DNA of 64,000 bases, from assembly GCA_002269645.1 (NCBI GenBank), contig NIVC01000035.1, positions 620,001 through 684,000 of the forward strand, given 5' to 3'. This document shows, piece after piece, positions 11,970 to 24,055 of this stretch. The notes beneath the pieces were generated by a model. That model had not been told where the DNA came from, made no database searches, and was given only the letters and a program-made list of their open reading frames with translations. The translations under genes and the position numbers were made by a program. The first letter of the stretch is position 1. Each line of letters starts with the position of its first letter. Origin of the DNA: Macrostomum lignano. Lineage: Eukaryota.

Positions 11970-14618
11970 GCAGCAGTCGACAGCGGCGTCAACAATGCCG
12001 CTGCCTAGCGCCTCCAGTCTGGTAACTCGCGCTACGACAAAGACGACAACTTTTGCTGAATCGGTGCCGAGTCGATCCAAGAACTCACCTGCTGCCGACT
12101 CTGCCCAATCCCGCCGTCCTGTATTTCGCTCTACTAAGTCGCAATTTCATGAGAGCGACGCGCCCGGACAAGATCGACAGAGCAGGTCGCTTCGTCGGCG
12201 TCAAGACGGTGGTGCTGGTGGAGGCGAGTCTGCAAAAGAAGAGCAAAAAGAGTCGGGCGGGGAAATGGTGAGTTTGAGGCGATTCAGGAAGTGAGAATTT
12301 ATGGCGAATGGGGTGTCTAGGGGTGGAACTTTGACGTGTCTAGAAATGGGACTTTGACGTGTCTAGGGATGAGACTTTGAAGTTTCTAGGGGTGAGACTT
12401 TGACGTGTCTAGAAGTGGGACTTTGACGTGTCTAGAAATGGGACTTTGACGTGTCTAGGGCTGAGACTTTGAAGTTTCTAGGGGTGAGACTTTGACGTGT
12501 CTAGAAGTGGGACTTTGACGTGTCTAGAAATGGGACTTTGACGTGTCTAGGGCTGAGACTTTGAAGTTTCTAGGGGTGAGACTTTGACGTGTCTAGAAGT
12601 GGGACTTTGACGTGTCTAGGGCTGAGACTTTGAAGTTTCTAGGGGTGAGACTTTGACGTGTCTAGAAGTGGGACTTTGACGTGTCTAGAAATGGGACTTT
12701 GACGTGTCTAGGGCTGAGACTTTGAAGTTTCTAGGGGTGAGACTTTGACGTGTCTAGAAGTGGAACTTTGACGTGTCTAGAAATGGGACTTTGACGTGTC
12801 TAGGGCTGAGACTTTGAAGTGTCTAGGGGTGAGACTTTGACATGTCTAGGGGTGAGACTTTGACATATCTAGGGGTGAGACTTTGTTATTTCTAGGGGTT
12901 AGACTTTGACATGTCTAGGAGTGAGACTTTGACGTGAGAGCGAAGTTTCAATAGAAGAAACTTTGCGACCTTCAGGGGGGAGAATTCGAAGCTGCAAGTA
13001 CCATGCACATAGGTTCCGTTTCGAAGGAAGGCAGATATTGCAAGTTTACAATATTTACACTGCCGTACTATCAGCAGAAGAAGCCACGCAGACTGGCCAA
13101 GCTGATTGGCTACTGGCAAAAAGCAGCAATCGTGATGCTGACTCAGCCCCATGCCTCCCAGAGCAGCGTGCTACCTGGAGAGGGAGGGGAGACTCAGTTG
13201 ACTAAAATTGGTAGAGAGGGAAGAGGGAGGGAGAGGCGAGAAAGACGAGAGAGGTGAGCTACGGAAACGAGACAGCCGTACCCTGCTTCTAAAAGAAGCC
13301 CAAGTTGCAGAGCTAATTTTTGCTCTGCTGCCTGGACATCAGCAGCTCCATATTGATTGGCTTTTGTCGGGGCGGGGGAGGCGAGGGGAGGTTAAAGAGA
13401 GCAGGGAATGCAAAGCTCATAGAAGTATGGGAGAAAATGGGATGAGTTAGGAATGAGGTTTCTAGCATCTAGCAGTTCAGAGCCGAGTGTGAGGCAAGCG
13501 TGAGTTTCACTTTTGAATTTTCTCATTAAAATATTCGCTTCATCAGGCTGAGTGAGGGATTTGTTCTGGATACACACTGACCGTATCTAACCCGTATCTA
13601 ACCCATATCTAACCCAAGTCTAACTCATATCTAACCCATATCTAACCGTCTAACCCATGTCTAACTCATATCTAACCCATATCTAACCCATATCTAATCA
13701 ATATTTAACCCATATCTAACCCATATCTAACCCATGTCTAACTAATATCTAACCCATATCTAATCAATATCTAACCCATATCTAATCAATATCTAACCAA
13801 TATTTAACCGATATCTAACCAATGTCTAACTCAAATCTAATCCCTATCTAATTAATATCTCACCCATATCTAATCCATGTTTAACTCATGTCTAACCCAT
13901 ATCTTATCAATAGCTAACCCAATATCTAATCCATGTCTAACTCATGATGTCAAACCCATATCTAACCCATGTCTAACTCATATCTAATCCATATCTAACC
14001 CTTATCTACCCCATATCTAGTCCATGTCTCTATCCAGTATCTAACCCATATCTATTCCATATCTAATCCGCATGAACAATGCCCAATCAAGCAAACCCTG
14101 AAAATTAACCAATCTAATTAACATAATTTATGCAGGCCGAATCCCCAAATTCGGACGGAACAGACGAGCTGCTTCGAGTCGGCTGGAGCCAGCAGGGTCC
14201 GCACCGGAGGCGCTACCTTCGACAGCAGCACCGACAGCGAAGAAGCAACTCGGCCAGAGCGGTCAACTCCTTTTCCGACAACGAAGAGGACTCAGATTTA
14301 TCTGACAGAGCTGTCGCTGCAGCCGCCTCGGAGCCTTGCCTGCCATTGAAGTCTTCTGCTCCTAGTAGAAGACTAGGCCTTGGAGATCTGAAGCTACCGC
14401 CGCCTCCTCCGCCGCCACCGCTGCCGCCTGTCGCTCCGAGGATGTTCGCGCCGCCGCCCCCACCGCCGCCGCCTTCGAACTTGGCCGCTGCCGTGCAGTG
14501 GGTTCGAGAGCTGCGAGATCGAGAGAAGGAGCGAGAAAGGGAACGCGAGAGGGAGAGAGAGATGCGAGAGTCGGCAGAGGACGAGTTGAGAAGCGACTGC
14601 CAACAGCTCACTAATGCT
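11230..14618 (+). CDS. N-terminal exons (11230-12267, 14136-14618) of an unidentified S/T/P-rich, Pro-rich and charged protein
   Basis: 346-codon non-satellite ORF ends at donor ATG|GTGAGT (phase 0). Acceptor TATGCAG|GCC at 14136 (phase 0). Exon ends GCT|GTGAGT at 14618 (phase 0). True start uncertain: an acceptor CTGCCAG near 11252 is also possible. Confidence 0.65.
12320..12935. repeat. ~20-bp minisatellite (GACTTTGACGTGTCTAG core) with higher-order pattern, intronic
   Basis: Direct inspection. Confidence 0.93.
13585..14070. repeat. 11-bp minisatellite (TCTAACCCATA), intronic
   Basis: Direct inspection. Confidence 0.9.
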
Positions 14619-14659
14619 GTGAGTCGCTTTTTGTTGTCGTTAATTGTTAGCGAATTTCG

Positions 14660-15182
14660 GGTATCTAGGGATTTATTGCCCAAAGTATCTAGGGTTCGAT
14701 TCTCCAAAGTATCTAGGGTTCGATTCTCCAAAGTACCTAGGGTTCGATTCTCCAAAGTATCTAGGGTTCGATTCTCCAAAGTATCTAGGGTTCGATTCTC
14801 CAAAGTACCTAGGGTTCGATTCTCCAAAGTATCTAGGGTTCGATTCTCCAAAGTACCTAGGGTTCGATTCTCCAAAGTACCTAGAGTTCGATTCTCCAAA
14901 GTACCTAGGGTTCGATTCTCCAAAGTATCTAGGGTTCGATTCTCCAAAGTATCTAGGGTTCGATTCTCCAAAGTACCTAGGGTTCGATTCTCCAAAGTAT
15001 CTAGGGTTCGATTCTCCAAAGTACCTAGGGTTCGATTCTCCAAAGTACCTAGAGTTCGATTCTCCAAAGTACCTAGGGTTCGATTCTCCAAAGTACCTAG
15101 GGTTCGATTCTCCAAAGTATCTAGGGTTCGATTCTCCACAGTATCTAGGGTTCGATTCTCCAAAGTATCTAGAGTTCGATGC
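14660..15182. repeat. 24-bp minisatellite (GTAYCTAGGGTTCGATTCTCCAAA), 21 copies each carrying a B-box match
   Basis: GTTCGATTC at 14694 and every 24 bp to 15174. Confidence 0.95.
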
Positions 15183-15414
15183 TCAACAATTATGGGTACA
15201 ACAAAATTCCCTTCGTATGACACATTCTACACAACGATAATTATTTCAAACAAGAAGTAAGTACATCTAATGTTGTAACAAAAGGATATTTTTTGTTGGT
15301 TACGGACCCAAGCAGAAATTTTAAGAACACCTATATGGACATTCAGGTGCATACAAATTAAGCCTAACTATGTGCACTGAGGTCTGTTACCCGCTGTGCG
15401 TGCCTGACTTTTGG

Positions 15415-15542
<128 letters not shown>

Positions 15543-15895
15543 GACTTGTAGCCATGTGCAGCGCGCAACTTTGGGGGTGAAGGAAGGGTTGGAGGGCAGG
15601 AGGAAGGCTGGTTGCCTGCCCGGATAGGGACGGGTGCGGAAGCGATTCATCTCGTTCGTCCTGGAAGAGGCAAAGATTGGCGCGCATCAAACGTCGTATG
15701 CCTTCGTCACTGAAGGAAGAAACGAACGGACGGACGGACGGACGGACAGACAGACGGACGCACATTCCGGGCTTCGAATGCGTAGGGGAAGAGAGGGGCT
15801 ACAAAAGTCAGGGATCGAACTACCGGGGTGTATTGCAGAAAGCAGCTCCAGAACGCATCGCAGCAGGAACACAAGCTAGACGGCAGCGGCTAACA

Positions 15896-17788
15896 ATGCC
15901 TGTTGTTCAAAGCAGTCTTCTTCACTTGTTTGCTATGATTCTGCTGCAAGCGATATTATTGGTATTGCTATTTGCACCTGGCCTCTGCCATTCCGATGAC
16001 TCATTCGAATCCGACAGTTCACCAGACCCGGACGTCACCATTGCTGTGCTTGTCCGGAACAAGGCCTTTGCTCTGCCCTACTCGCTGGCTGGAATCGAGC
16101 GGCAGAACTACAACTCAAGCCGGCTGTCCATGCTATTCTTCGTTGATCACAGCAGAGACAGGAGTCTGCAACTGCTGCACACCTGGCAGCGAGCAAATCT
16201 GCAACGGTACGCGCGAATTGAAATCCGAGCAAGCGAGTATCCACTAAAATTCGATGGCGAAGAAGAGACTCAAGGCTTGGACTGGACCGAGGAGCGCTTT
16301 CGTCACGTGCTGAGACTTAGACAGCTAGCCTTGGAGTCGGCTCGAGTCTACGGTTCAAAGTTTGTGTTTTACCTGGACGCCGACGTGTTGATCACTTATC
16401 CCGAAACGCTTCGTCACCTGACCAGCAGGGACTTGAGCTTGCTGGCTCCCCTGCTCAACTGCAGCACGGATGCGAGCTTTGGTGCCAACTTCTGGGGCGA
16501 CATTGACCGCGAGACTGGCTATTACCTTCGATCTGACACCTACCTTGACATCCAGAGGCGAAGGCGCGTCGGCATCTTCCCGGTGGCCGTTGTTCATTCG
16601 GCATTTTTGCTGTCGTTGCAGAACGATGACAGCACTGGCTCCGGATTTAAGTTCGATCCGATGCCCAGCAACTACCCGATCGAGTGGCCCATTGACGACT
16701 TGCCTTTGATGCACTGGGCTGCCGCGGCTGCGGGCATCCAGCCTGTGCTGGACAACAGTCTGCAGTTTGGCGTCTACGCCACCTTCGACGACAGGCGCTT
16801 GCTGTCTGACAAGAGTCTGCCAGTTCTAGACCTGGAGGCTGGAGCGTTCAAGCACGCCCTGATGGAGTTTCACTATCACCGTGCCGGCCTCGAGTCCTGG
16901 CAACCCGTCGCTTCGTTGGCCAATTACGCTGCTCCATCAAGGCCTCCGAGGAAGCTGGGCTTCGACCTGATATTCGTCATCAATTTGTCGAGGCGGCCAG
17001 ATCGTCTGGAAAGAATGCGGTACGCACTGACACTGCTGGGACTCGACTGGAAGCATCTGGAAGCTGTCGACGGCCGCCGGTTGAACTCGAGCTGGCTGCA
17101 GCGAAACGGGATCAAATCCTTGGACGGGTACGCGGACCCCTTCCACGGTCGGGGACTCACCATGGGCGAAGTCGGCTGCTTCCTCAGCCATCACGCTGTC
17201 TGGCAGGCTCTGGCAAACGATCCGACGCTAAATCGAGTTCTCGTCCTGGAAGACGACGTCCGGTTCGGTCCGAACTTTGAGGAGCGCCTCTTGGCAACTG
17301 TGAGGGAGGCAGATCGCCTGCAGTCGGACTGGGAACTGCTGTACCTCGGACGGAAGATCATGTACTCAGAGGACGAGAAGGCGGTACCTGGCTCGGAGTT
17401 TCTCACATATCCTGCCTACACCTACTGGACCCTCGGCTACGCCCTCACTAAGCGAGGTGCCGAGAAACTCGTCGCTCAAAAACCATTGAGCCGATTGATT
17501 GCAGTTGACGAATACTTGCCGGTGATGTTCGACCGGCACCCGAACGGCAAGTGGAAAGCGGCGTTCCAGCCGAGGGATCTGGTAGCGATCAGCGCGGCGC
17601 CACTGCTGCTGCAGCCGAACTACTACATCGGGATGGAGCACTACGTCAGCGACACGGAAGGCTCATCCGTGCTAACTGGAGCCGACGGAGGAGTCTGCCG
17701 AGACGGGGCCGATTGCTCCACCGTCGAGGGCAAGTCAACCGACGCCAGCAGCCGTCCAGCGGATCGATATTCGAAAATTCGAAATTAA
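15896..17788 (+). CDS. COLGALT1: Procollagen galactosyltransferase (COLGALT1/CERCAM family, GT25), intronless, 630 aa
   Basis: Signal peptide MPVVQSSLLHLFAMILLQAILLVLL. N-domain motifs IAVLVRNK, DH, YLDADVL, NFWG, VHS. C-terminal GT25 motifs FVINLSRRPDR, AVDG, GEVGCFLSH, LEDDVRF, LLYLGRK, YWTLGY, VDEYLP. The in-frame upstream extension to 15677 is probably UTR. Confidence 0.93.
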   Translation: MPVVQSSLLHLFAMILLQAILLVLLFAPGLCHSDDSFESDSSPDPDVTIAVLVRNKAFALPYSLAGIERQNYNSSRLSMLFFVDHSRDRSLQLLHTWQRANLQRYARIEIRASEYPLKFDGEEETQGLDWTEERFRHVLRLRQLALESARVYGSKFVFYLDADVLITYPETLRHLTSRDLSLLAPLLNCSTDASFGANFWGDIDRETGYYLRSDTYLDIQRRRRVGIFPVAVVHSAFLLSLQNDDSTGSGFKFDPMPSNYPIEWPIDDLPLMHWAAAAAGIQPVLDNSLQFGVYATFDDRRLLSDKSLPVLDLEAGAFKHALMEFHYHRAGLESWQPVASLANYAAPSRPPRKLGFDLIFVINLSRRPDRLERMRYALTLLGLDWKHLEAVDGRRLNSSWLQRNGIKSLDGYADPFHGRGLTMGEVGCFLSHHAVWQALANDPTLNRVLVLEDDVRFGPNFEERLLATVREADRLQSDWELLYLGRKIMYSEDEKAVPGSEFLTYPAYTYWTLGYALTKRGAEKLVAQKPLSRLIAVDEYLPVMFDRHPNGKWKAAFQPRDLVAISAAPLLLQPNYYIGMEHYVSDTEGSSVLTGADGGVCRDGADCSTVEGKSTDASSRPADRYSKIRN

Positions 17789-18879
17789 TGACTAGCTGAA
17801 TCCGTACGAATCGATCTTGTACTACTCAATTTTGTGGCATATCCAGTGAAACTTTTTTTAACTTTTTCACTTTTGAAGTTTTTGCTGACTAAGTTCTCTT
17901 TAACTGTACTCAGAAAGTTTCGCATGCCATCGGTGATTCAGAAGTGTGAAGTATCAATCAGGATGCTACGGCGAGACACGGCGTAGAGACTACGGCGTTT
18001 TTTGACCCGCGTTTTGAGTCAGTTGGGGGGGGGGGTTAACTGTTGCATAGTATCAAAGCTTTATTCTTCTTATGTGACTTCGAATTCATTGTAGTTTGGT
18101 GTCATACGTAGCCCAATCTAGTCTGATTTATCGTGTGAAATCTATTAACTCCTCAAAAATATGATTGACGTCTATGCTAGCCTCAGTCAGTTCATTCTAA
18201 TAAGTGTCAATAATGCACTTCAATATAACGTTCTTATTAACTGGTGCATCCACTATGTTTTATTCTGAAATGAGCAAGATACATTTTCTTGAGCACTTTG
18301 ATCTTCAGTGATTTTTACCAATAATACCTACATGTCAACTGCTTCTGTAATCTTCTGCAACAAAGATTGTCACCAGGTTTGTCGTTTTACTCGAGAGTTT
18401 AAGGGCCAACGGGTGATCCCCCGAGGCACATAGAGTGTACATGTGCCTGACGATTAGAAAGTCGGGGTCGCTTGTACGCCCTGTGTGAGCGTGTGTGTGA
18501 GTGCATCTGTGTGTGCCCCAAATGGGCTTCTCTATTTTCGCAGTAATACTTCATTGTGCACTCGAAACCTAATATGTTATACTAATTACCATCTTAAACG
18601 CATCATAATAACGGCCCGTGCTCTACACTTCACTTTACTCTAAACTTCACCCAGCAAAGAAAGAGCCATGCAAGAAAAAGACGCGCAAGAAAATAAAAAA
18701 GGAAGAGAGGAGAGGAGAGAGAAGTGAGTTAGGTTGGTGGCTAAGTCTTACTTACACTGTCGCGGTATCAAAACGCTCAAGAATGTTAGCCTCAGGGTGA
18801 ACGCTGTCGTCTCAGGTCTGAGGTAAACACAGCTAGAACTATAGCGTACATTTGTCTACCAATGCACGTGGGTAGCAAA

Positions 18880-19200
18880 CAACGCCCTTAGAGACCAGCA
18901 GATTGCACTGTACAGTCATTTTTTTTGCTTAACATAAATTTCTGGGCCAGGTATTTTGGAACGCTTCAATAGAAATTCAGTATTACTTAAGCCATCTTTA
19001 GGAAACGCAAGACACAAATCTCTTCTGCGTTGTCTTGTCCTGGTCGCTCGCTGTCGTTCCTCTGGCGATGTAAGTTTTGTGCAAACAAAAAGCACCACCG
19101 AATCGTTCTCTTGCTTGCTTGAATTCTCTTCTAGAAGCAATCCTCTCTAATTAGGCTACCGTACAAGCAATCTGACATCGTTTCCTGTGTTTGCTGGTCA
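18880..19200 (-). mobile_element. Possible decayed 3' fragment of a non-LTR retrotransposon (CR1/L2-like) ORF2
   Basis: RRRDLCLAFPKDGLSNTEF resembles the recalled RT C-terminal pattern RRxxLCLxFAKxxLxNxxF. A frameshifted KRIQ..KR motif lies upstream. Not verified by search. Confidence 0.3.
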
Positions 19201-19489
19201 AACACGTGTCTGAGCAACCCCGAGCTGTCTCTCTGTGCAGTTCTTGTGGAATGTTTCTTCAAGCATCTTCTTGATTTAGCATTGCTGGGGCCTTTATGTG
19301 ACTTCACGCTCGGTACCTGCCCTTCGTGTTATGAATGATGAGTTCTATCGTTTGAGAACGTGCGTTACGAGCGTAATGATTTTTTGCGTATCGCTTTTCC
19401 CCTTCTGTGCTGTGACATCTTTAAGTCTCTCTGTACTCCCTCTATACTTTCTACTCCGTCTACCCATCATTCGACTCTGTCTTACGTCT

Positions 19490-20345
19490 CGCTCTGCTTA
19501 CTCTACCTCTCACTCTCCCCCGTCTACTTCTCATTCTAATCAGTCTTTCTCTCATTCTAATCAGTCTTTCTCTCACTCTAATCAGTCTACCTCTCACTCT
19601 TCGCACTCTACCTCTCACTCTAATCAGTCTTTCTCTCACTCTAATCAGTCTTTCTCTCACTCTAATCAGTCTACCTCTCACTCTAATCAGTCTACCTCTC
19701 ACTCTAATCAGTCTACCTCTCACTCTAATCAGTCTACCTCTCACTCTAATCAGTCTTTCTCTCACTCTAATCAGTCTACCTCTCACTCTAATCAGTCTAC
19801 CTCTCACTCTAATCAGTCTTTCTCTCACTCTACTCAGTCTACCTCTCACTCTAATCAGTCTACCTCTCACTCTAATCAGTCTACCTCTCACTCTAACCAG
19901 TCTACCTCTCACTCTAATCAGTCTTTCTCTCACTCTAATCAGTCTTTCTCTCACTCTAATCAGTCTACCTCTCACTCTAATCAGTCTACCTCTCACTCTA
20001 ATCAGTCTTTCTCTCACTCTACTCAGTCTACCTCTCACTCTAATCAGTCTACCTCTCACTCTAATCAGTCTACCTCTCACTCTAATCAGTCTACCTCTCA
20101 CTCTAATCAGTCTTTCTCTCACTCTAATCAGTCTTTCTCTCACTCTAATCAGTCTTTCTCTCACTCTAATCAGTCTTTCTCTCACTCTAATCAGTCTACC
20201 TCTCACTCTAATCAGTCTACCTCTCACTCTAATCAGTCTACCTCTCACTCTAACCAGTCTACCTCTCACTCTAACCAGTCTACCTCTCACTCTAATCAGT
20301 CTACTTCTCACTCTACTCAGTTCTACTTCTCACTATACTCCGTCT
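19490..20345. repeat. 21-bp minisatellite (CTCTCACTCTAATCAGTCTAC/TTT)
   Basis: 7-aa periodicity. Confidence 0.95.
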
Positions 20346-20450
20346 AACTCTCACCTCTTTCAGTCTATCTCAGAAAGCATTCACTAGCCTTAATTAACCA
20401 CTTTTCACTCTGCTCACTCACTCCCATGCACCTTGAAAAACCACCTCCAG

Positions 20451-21892
20451 CTCCGCTCTCGCCAGCTCGAACTGGACAGACTCTCAAGCCAACTGGAACC
20501 GCTTCATCGTCAGAATCTCCAGATGCGAGCTCAGCTGCTGGCGGCCAGGCAACCGAATTCCGGACTCAACAGGGACGACGGCGAGGATTCGGCGATGATG
20601 ACGAACGGCGACAGTTGGCGTCGGCAGCGGCCGGCCAACGTCGGCGGCTTGGAACGGCGAATCGCCGGGCTGGAGACGCAGCTGATGCGGATGCAGGAGG
20701 AGAACGCGGATCTGGCAGCCCGGCTGGCCAGCGCCAGTGCGGCCGCCGAGGATGGAGCCCGAAGGTTCGGGATGCTGGGGAGCTGCGTGTGTGGCTTGCT
20801 TGGGATTTGGGATTGGTAGATGGGGAGATGGGGATTCCGCCCGCTGTTTAATTGATCTCAGTTGGGTGAGATGGGATTTCAGTTGGGTAAGGTGGGATCT
20901 CAGTTGGGTTAGATGGGATCTCAGTTGGGTAAGGTGGGATCTCAGTTGGGTTAGATGGGATCTCAGTTGGGTAAGGTGGGATCTCAGTTGGGTTAGATGG
21001 GATCTCAGTTGGGTAAGGTGGGATCTCAGTTGGGTGAGATGGGATTTCAGTTGGGTAAGGTGGGATCTCAGTTGGGTTAGATGGGATCTCAGTTGGGTGA
21101 GATGGGATCTCAGTTGGGTAAGATTGGATTTCAGTTGGGTGAGATGGGATTTCAGTTGGGTAAGATGAAATTTCAGTTGGGTGAGATGGGATCTCATTTG
21201 GAAGAGATAGATCTCAGTTAGGTGAGATGGGATCTCAGTTGGCTGAGATGGGATCTCAGTTGGCTGAGATGGGATCTCAGTTGGCTGAGATGGGATCTCA
21301 GTTGGCTGAGATGGGATCTCAGTTGGCTGAGATGGGATCTCAGTTGGCTGAGATGGGATCTCAGATGAGGAGATGTGGGATTTTAAGGTCTTTCGGGAAT
21401 TAAAAAATGGGATATCTAGACTCGAAAAAATGATCCCCTTTTCAGAGCTCAGCAGGACAGCGCCCAGCTCATGGAGCAAGAGGCTCTCAAACAGCAGCTT
21501 CGCCGCCTGGAAGCCGAAGTCCAGCGGCTCCAACGCTGCAACTCCAACGCACCGGCGCTGGCGGCGCCACCGTCAGCGCCAGCAGCCGTCAGCTCGGTGG
21601 CCAGGAACGCCGAGCATCGGGCAGTCATCGACGCCGCCGAGGCCGCCTTAAAACAACTGGATGAGCCGCGCGTTCTGGACGATCCCGCCAACGACTTCGA
21701 TGGCGGAGGCGACGTCTGGAAGTCGAGCGGCACCTTGAGCGCCGGTGGCTACGTGCTGGAGGAGCGGCTGCCACCAAACAGTCGCGGCAATTTGCTGTTC
21801 AAACGAGTCGCACCGTCGTCTACAAGCAGCTCACCGATTGTCGGCGAAACGTCGACAAAAAGTCAGCAGCAGTGGTGGCAGCCGCAGCAACA

Positions 21893-21932
<40 letters not shown>

Positions 21933-23669
21933 CGGCAGTGGTGGCAGCAACAGAAGCCACAGCAAGACGAACTTCTCCTGGTCGTGTCGCCCAGGAAGGA
22001 GAAGCTGCCAGCGGCGTCTCCACCTCCGCCAACTCCGCCACCGCCGCCGCCACCGCCGCCGCCTCAGCGCCAGGAAGACCGGGAGATCTCAGAGCGAGTT
22101 CGAAACTTCTTAGCCCGCCTGCCCGCGCTCAGCAACCCGGCCAGTGGCGCTGGTCGGCAGCAGCGAGGTCGGTCTGTTTTTGACGATACTGACGGCGCGG
22201 AGAAGTCGGCGTCGAGCCCGGCGTTTGCGTCGGAGAAGACGCGTCAAGGCGTCAGTTTCCAGGGGGAATTCGACACCGGTTGCGACACTGAGGAAGAGGG
22301 GGGCTACGAGGATTTTGATGGGCCGATATCGCAGCAGCAGCAGCAGAGTTCGTCAAGTCGCGGAGGCCTCCTAGCGCGTCTTCGTGCTCAGGCTGCGATG
22401 AGGCTGCAGCAGGAAGCTGCGGTGATGAAGCTGCCAGCATCGCCAACTGCGGCAGCTGATTCCACCGCAGAAATTGAAGCCGATTTCGCTCCGGCGGAAA
22501 CTTTGGCTCAGGTGAGGCAGAGATTTCGCGAGTCGTCCGCCGAGGCGCTGTACGGTGGCGGCGGCGGCGGCGGCTCTGCGGGCTCCGGGGGCCGGGCGGT
22601 GCCGCCACTCGATCTTGACTTCGTGACCGGGTGAGCTGACGGCTTTATTGACAGAGAGCATTGAAAGTTCAAATAGCTGAAATTCAAATTTATAGCTAGT
22701 TGGAAACTTTCTTGAAGTAAATAGTACAAACTTTATTTGCAATTTAATGTTGATTTTTTAGATTAAGTATGTACTGATAATAAATTAGTCATTTATTGAA
22801 AAATATTTGCAAACAATCACATGCTAGCTTTAGTTAAAAAATATATACGAAATAAGATAATAGAAATAAATATATAATTTAATTAATTCTGTTTTTTTAA
22901 AAATCAAAAAATAAATAAAATTACTGATAATTCAAACACTCATTAGTTAATGTTGAAGTTAAACTTGAAAGAAACTATATTTGAGGAAGCATTGTGTAAA
23001 CAAAGTGAAAAATTTACAATTAAAAATAAATTCTTTCTTCAATATATTAGTGGCAATTGGATTGCTTGATTTAGAACGTAAATAATGAAATATTTCAATT
23101 TTTTGTTATAACCAGTAGTTGAACTTTTGTTTTTTCATTTATTTGAATTCTACTTAATATATATTTAGTAAATAAAATTACTTCATTTTATTGTTAATTA
23201 AATTTATTTAAAATTTAAATTAAATTTATTAATTAAATTTTATTAAAAATTATTAAAATATATTTTTAATATATATATATTAATAATAATAAATGAAAAA
23301 TATTTAAAAGAAAAAAAGAAAAAAACTAATAAATATATAAAAATTATTTTTTAAAATTGTTAAAATTAATTAAATTAATTATACTTAATTTAAACCTTTT
23401 TGTTATAGTTTCACTAAGATAATTTAACTTCGAATGCAAGGCATGATACACTTAGATTTATAATTTGAAATAATCTTAAATTTCAAACAAACAAAAAAGT
23501 TACGAAGCATTTTGTCTTCAATTTCAGCCAACAACCACAGAAGCAGCAGTCGCAGCAGCAGCAACAGCAGGACAATCTGTCTCCCAGTGCCCGTCGCTAT
23601 GCGGACCAGCTCGTTCACAAGTACCTGAGCACTCTTTCCGACACCCAAGCGGCATCCACCGCGCACTGA
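20451..23669 (+). CDS. Coiled-coil, poly-Q/poly-P protein exons 20451-20764, 21446-22630, 23528-23669; probably the C-terminal part of the 11230-14618 gene (about 1053 aa if joined)
   Basis: Heptad-like segments (LERRIAGLETQLMRMQEENADL; LKQQLRRLEAEVQRLQ). Phase-2 junctions AG|GTTCGG..TTCAG|A and GG|GTGAGC..TTTCAG|C both keep frame. Ends ...ARRYADQLVHKYLSTLSDTQAASTAH*. No family recognised. Confidence 0.7.
20855..21365. repeat. 21-bp minisatellite (GATGGGATCTCAGTTGGGTTA), intronic
   Basis: 7-aa periodicity. Confidence 0.95.
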
Positions 23670-24041
23670 ACTGTATTCCTAGAAACTGACTGCTTCTTCA
23701 TGCTAGAAAAGCACCTTTTCATTTTCATACTACTAAGATTATTGATAAACTAAGTAGTAAATGTAGAACATTTATTTTTTAAAACACAATATTTTTCTGC
23801 TGTTTTTTATTGGGCTTGTAAAAAATAGCTTCTTGTTTGTCAAATTGATTGTTGACAACAACTAAGCTTTGATTATAAAGTAACATTGTTTATAACTGCC
23901 GTCCTCAGTGAATGTAGTTGAATTTAGTTCAGAAATTGGTGACTGACTGCACTGCCGTTTTACAGCTAGCTATACGTAATATTAGCTCATTCCACATAAC
24001 AGTAACACCACAGCTATTACACATATATATATATATATATA

Positions 24042-24055
24042 GTTGCTATGGTAAC
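24042..24055. promoter_or_regulatory. RFX X-box
   Basis: GTTGCTATGGTAAC, a full match to GTHNYY-AT-RRNAAC. Confidence 0.5.

Noticed and set aside
13003-13257. Coding exon in the second intron of the coiled-coil gene
   Set aside because: Candidate splice sites give a phase mismatch with 14136, and the sequence looks more like promoter DNA.
14660-15182. tRNA gene or tRNA array
   Set aside because: Only a T-arm/B-box-like 13-mer is present; there is no acceptor stem, D-arm or anticodon arm, and the period is 24 bp.
15552-15713. Possible terminal exon after the (CT)n tract (PCAARNFGG...VVCLRH*)
   Set aside because: Phase-compatible, but no poly(A) signal follows and it lies in the likely COLGALT promoter/UTR. 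Kept only as the alternative to the nesting model.
15677-15895. N-terminal extension of the COLGALT ORF
   Set aside because: It starts at a non-ATG codon, crosses a (GGAC)n microsatellite and precedes a clear signal peptide beginning at ATG 15896.
15896-17900. COLGALT as a recent retrocopy
   Set aside because: Intronless, but no poly(A) remnant or target-site duplication is visible.
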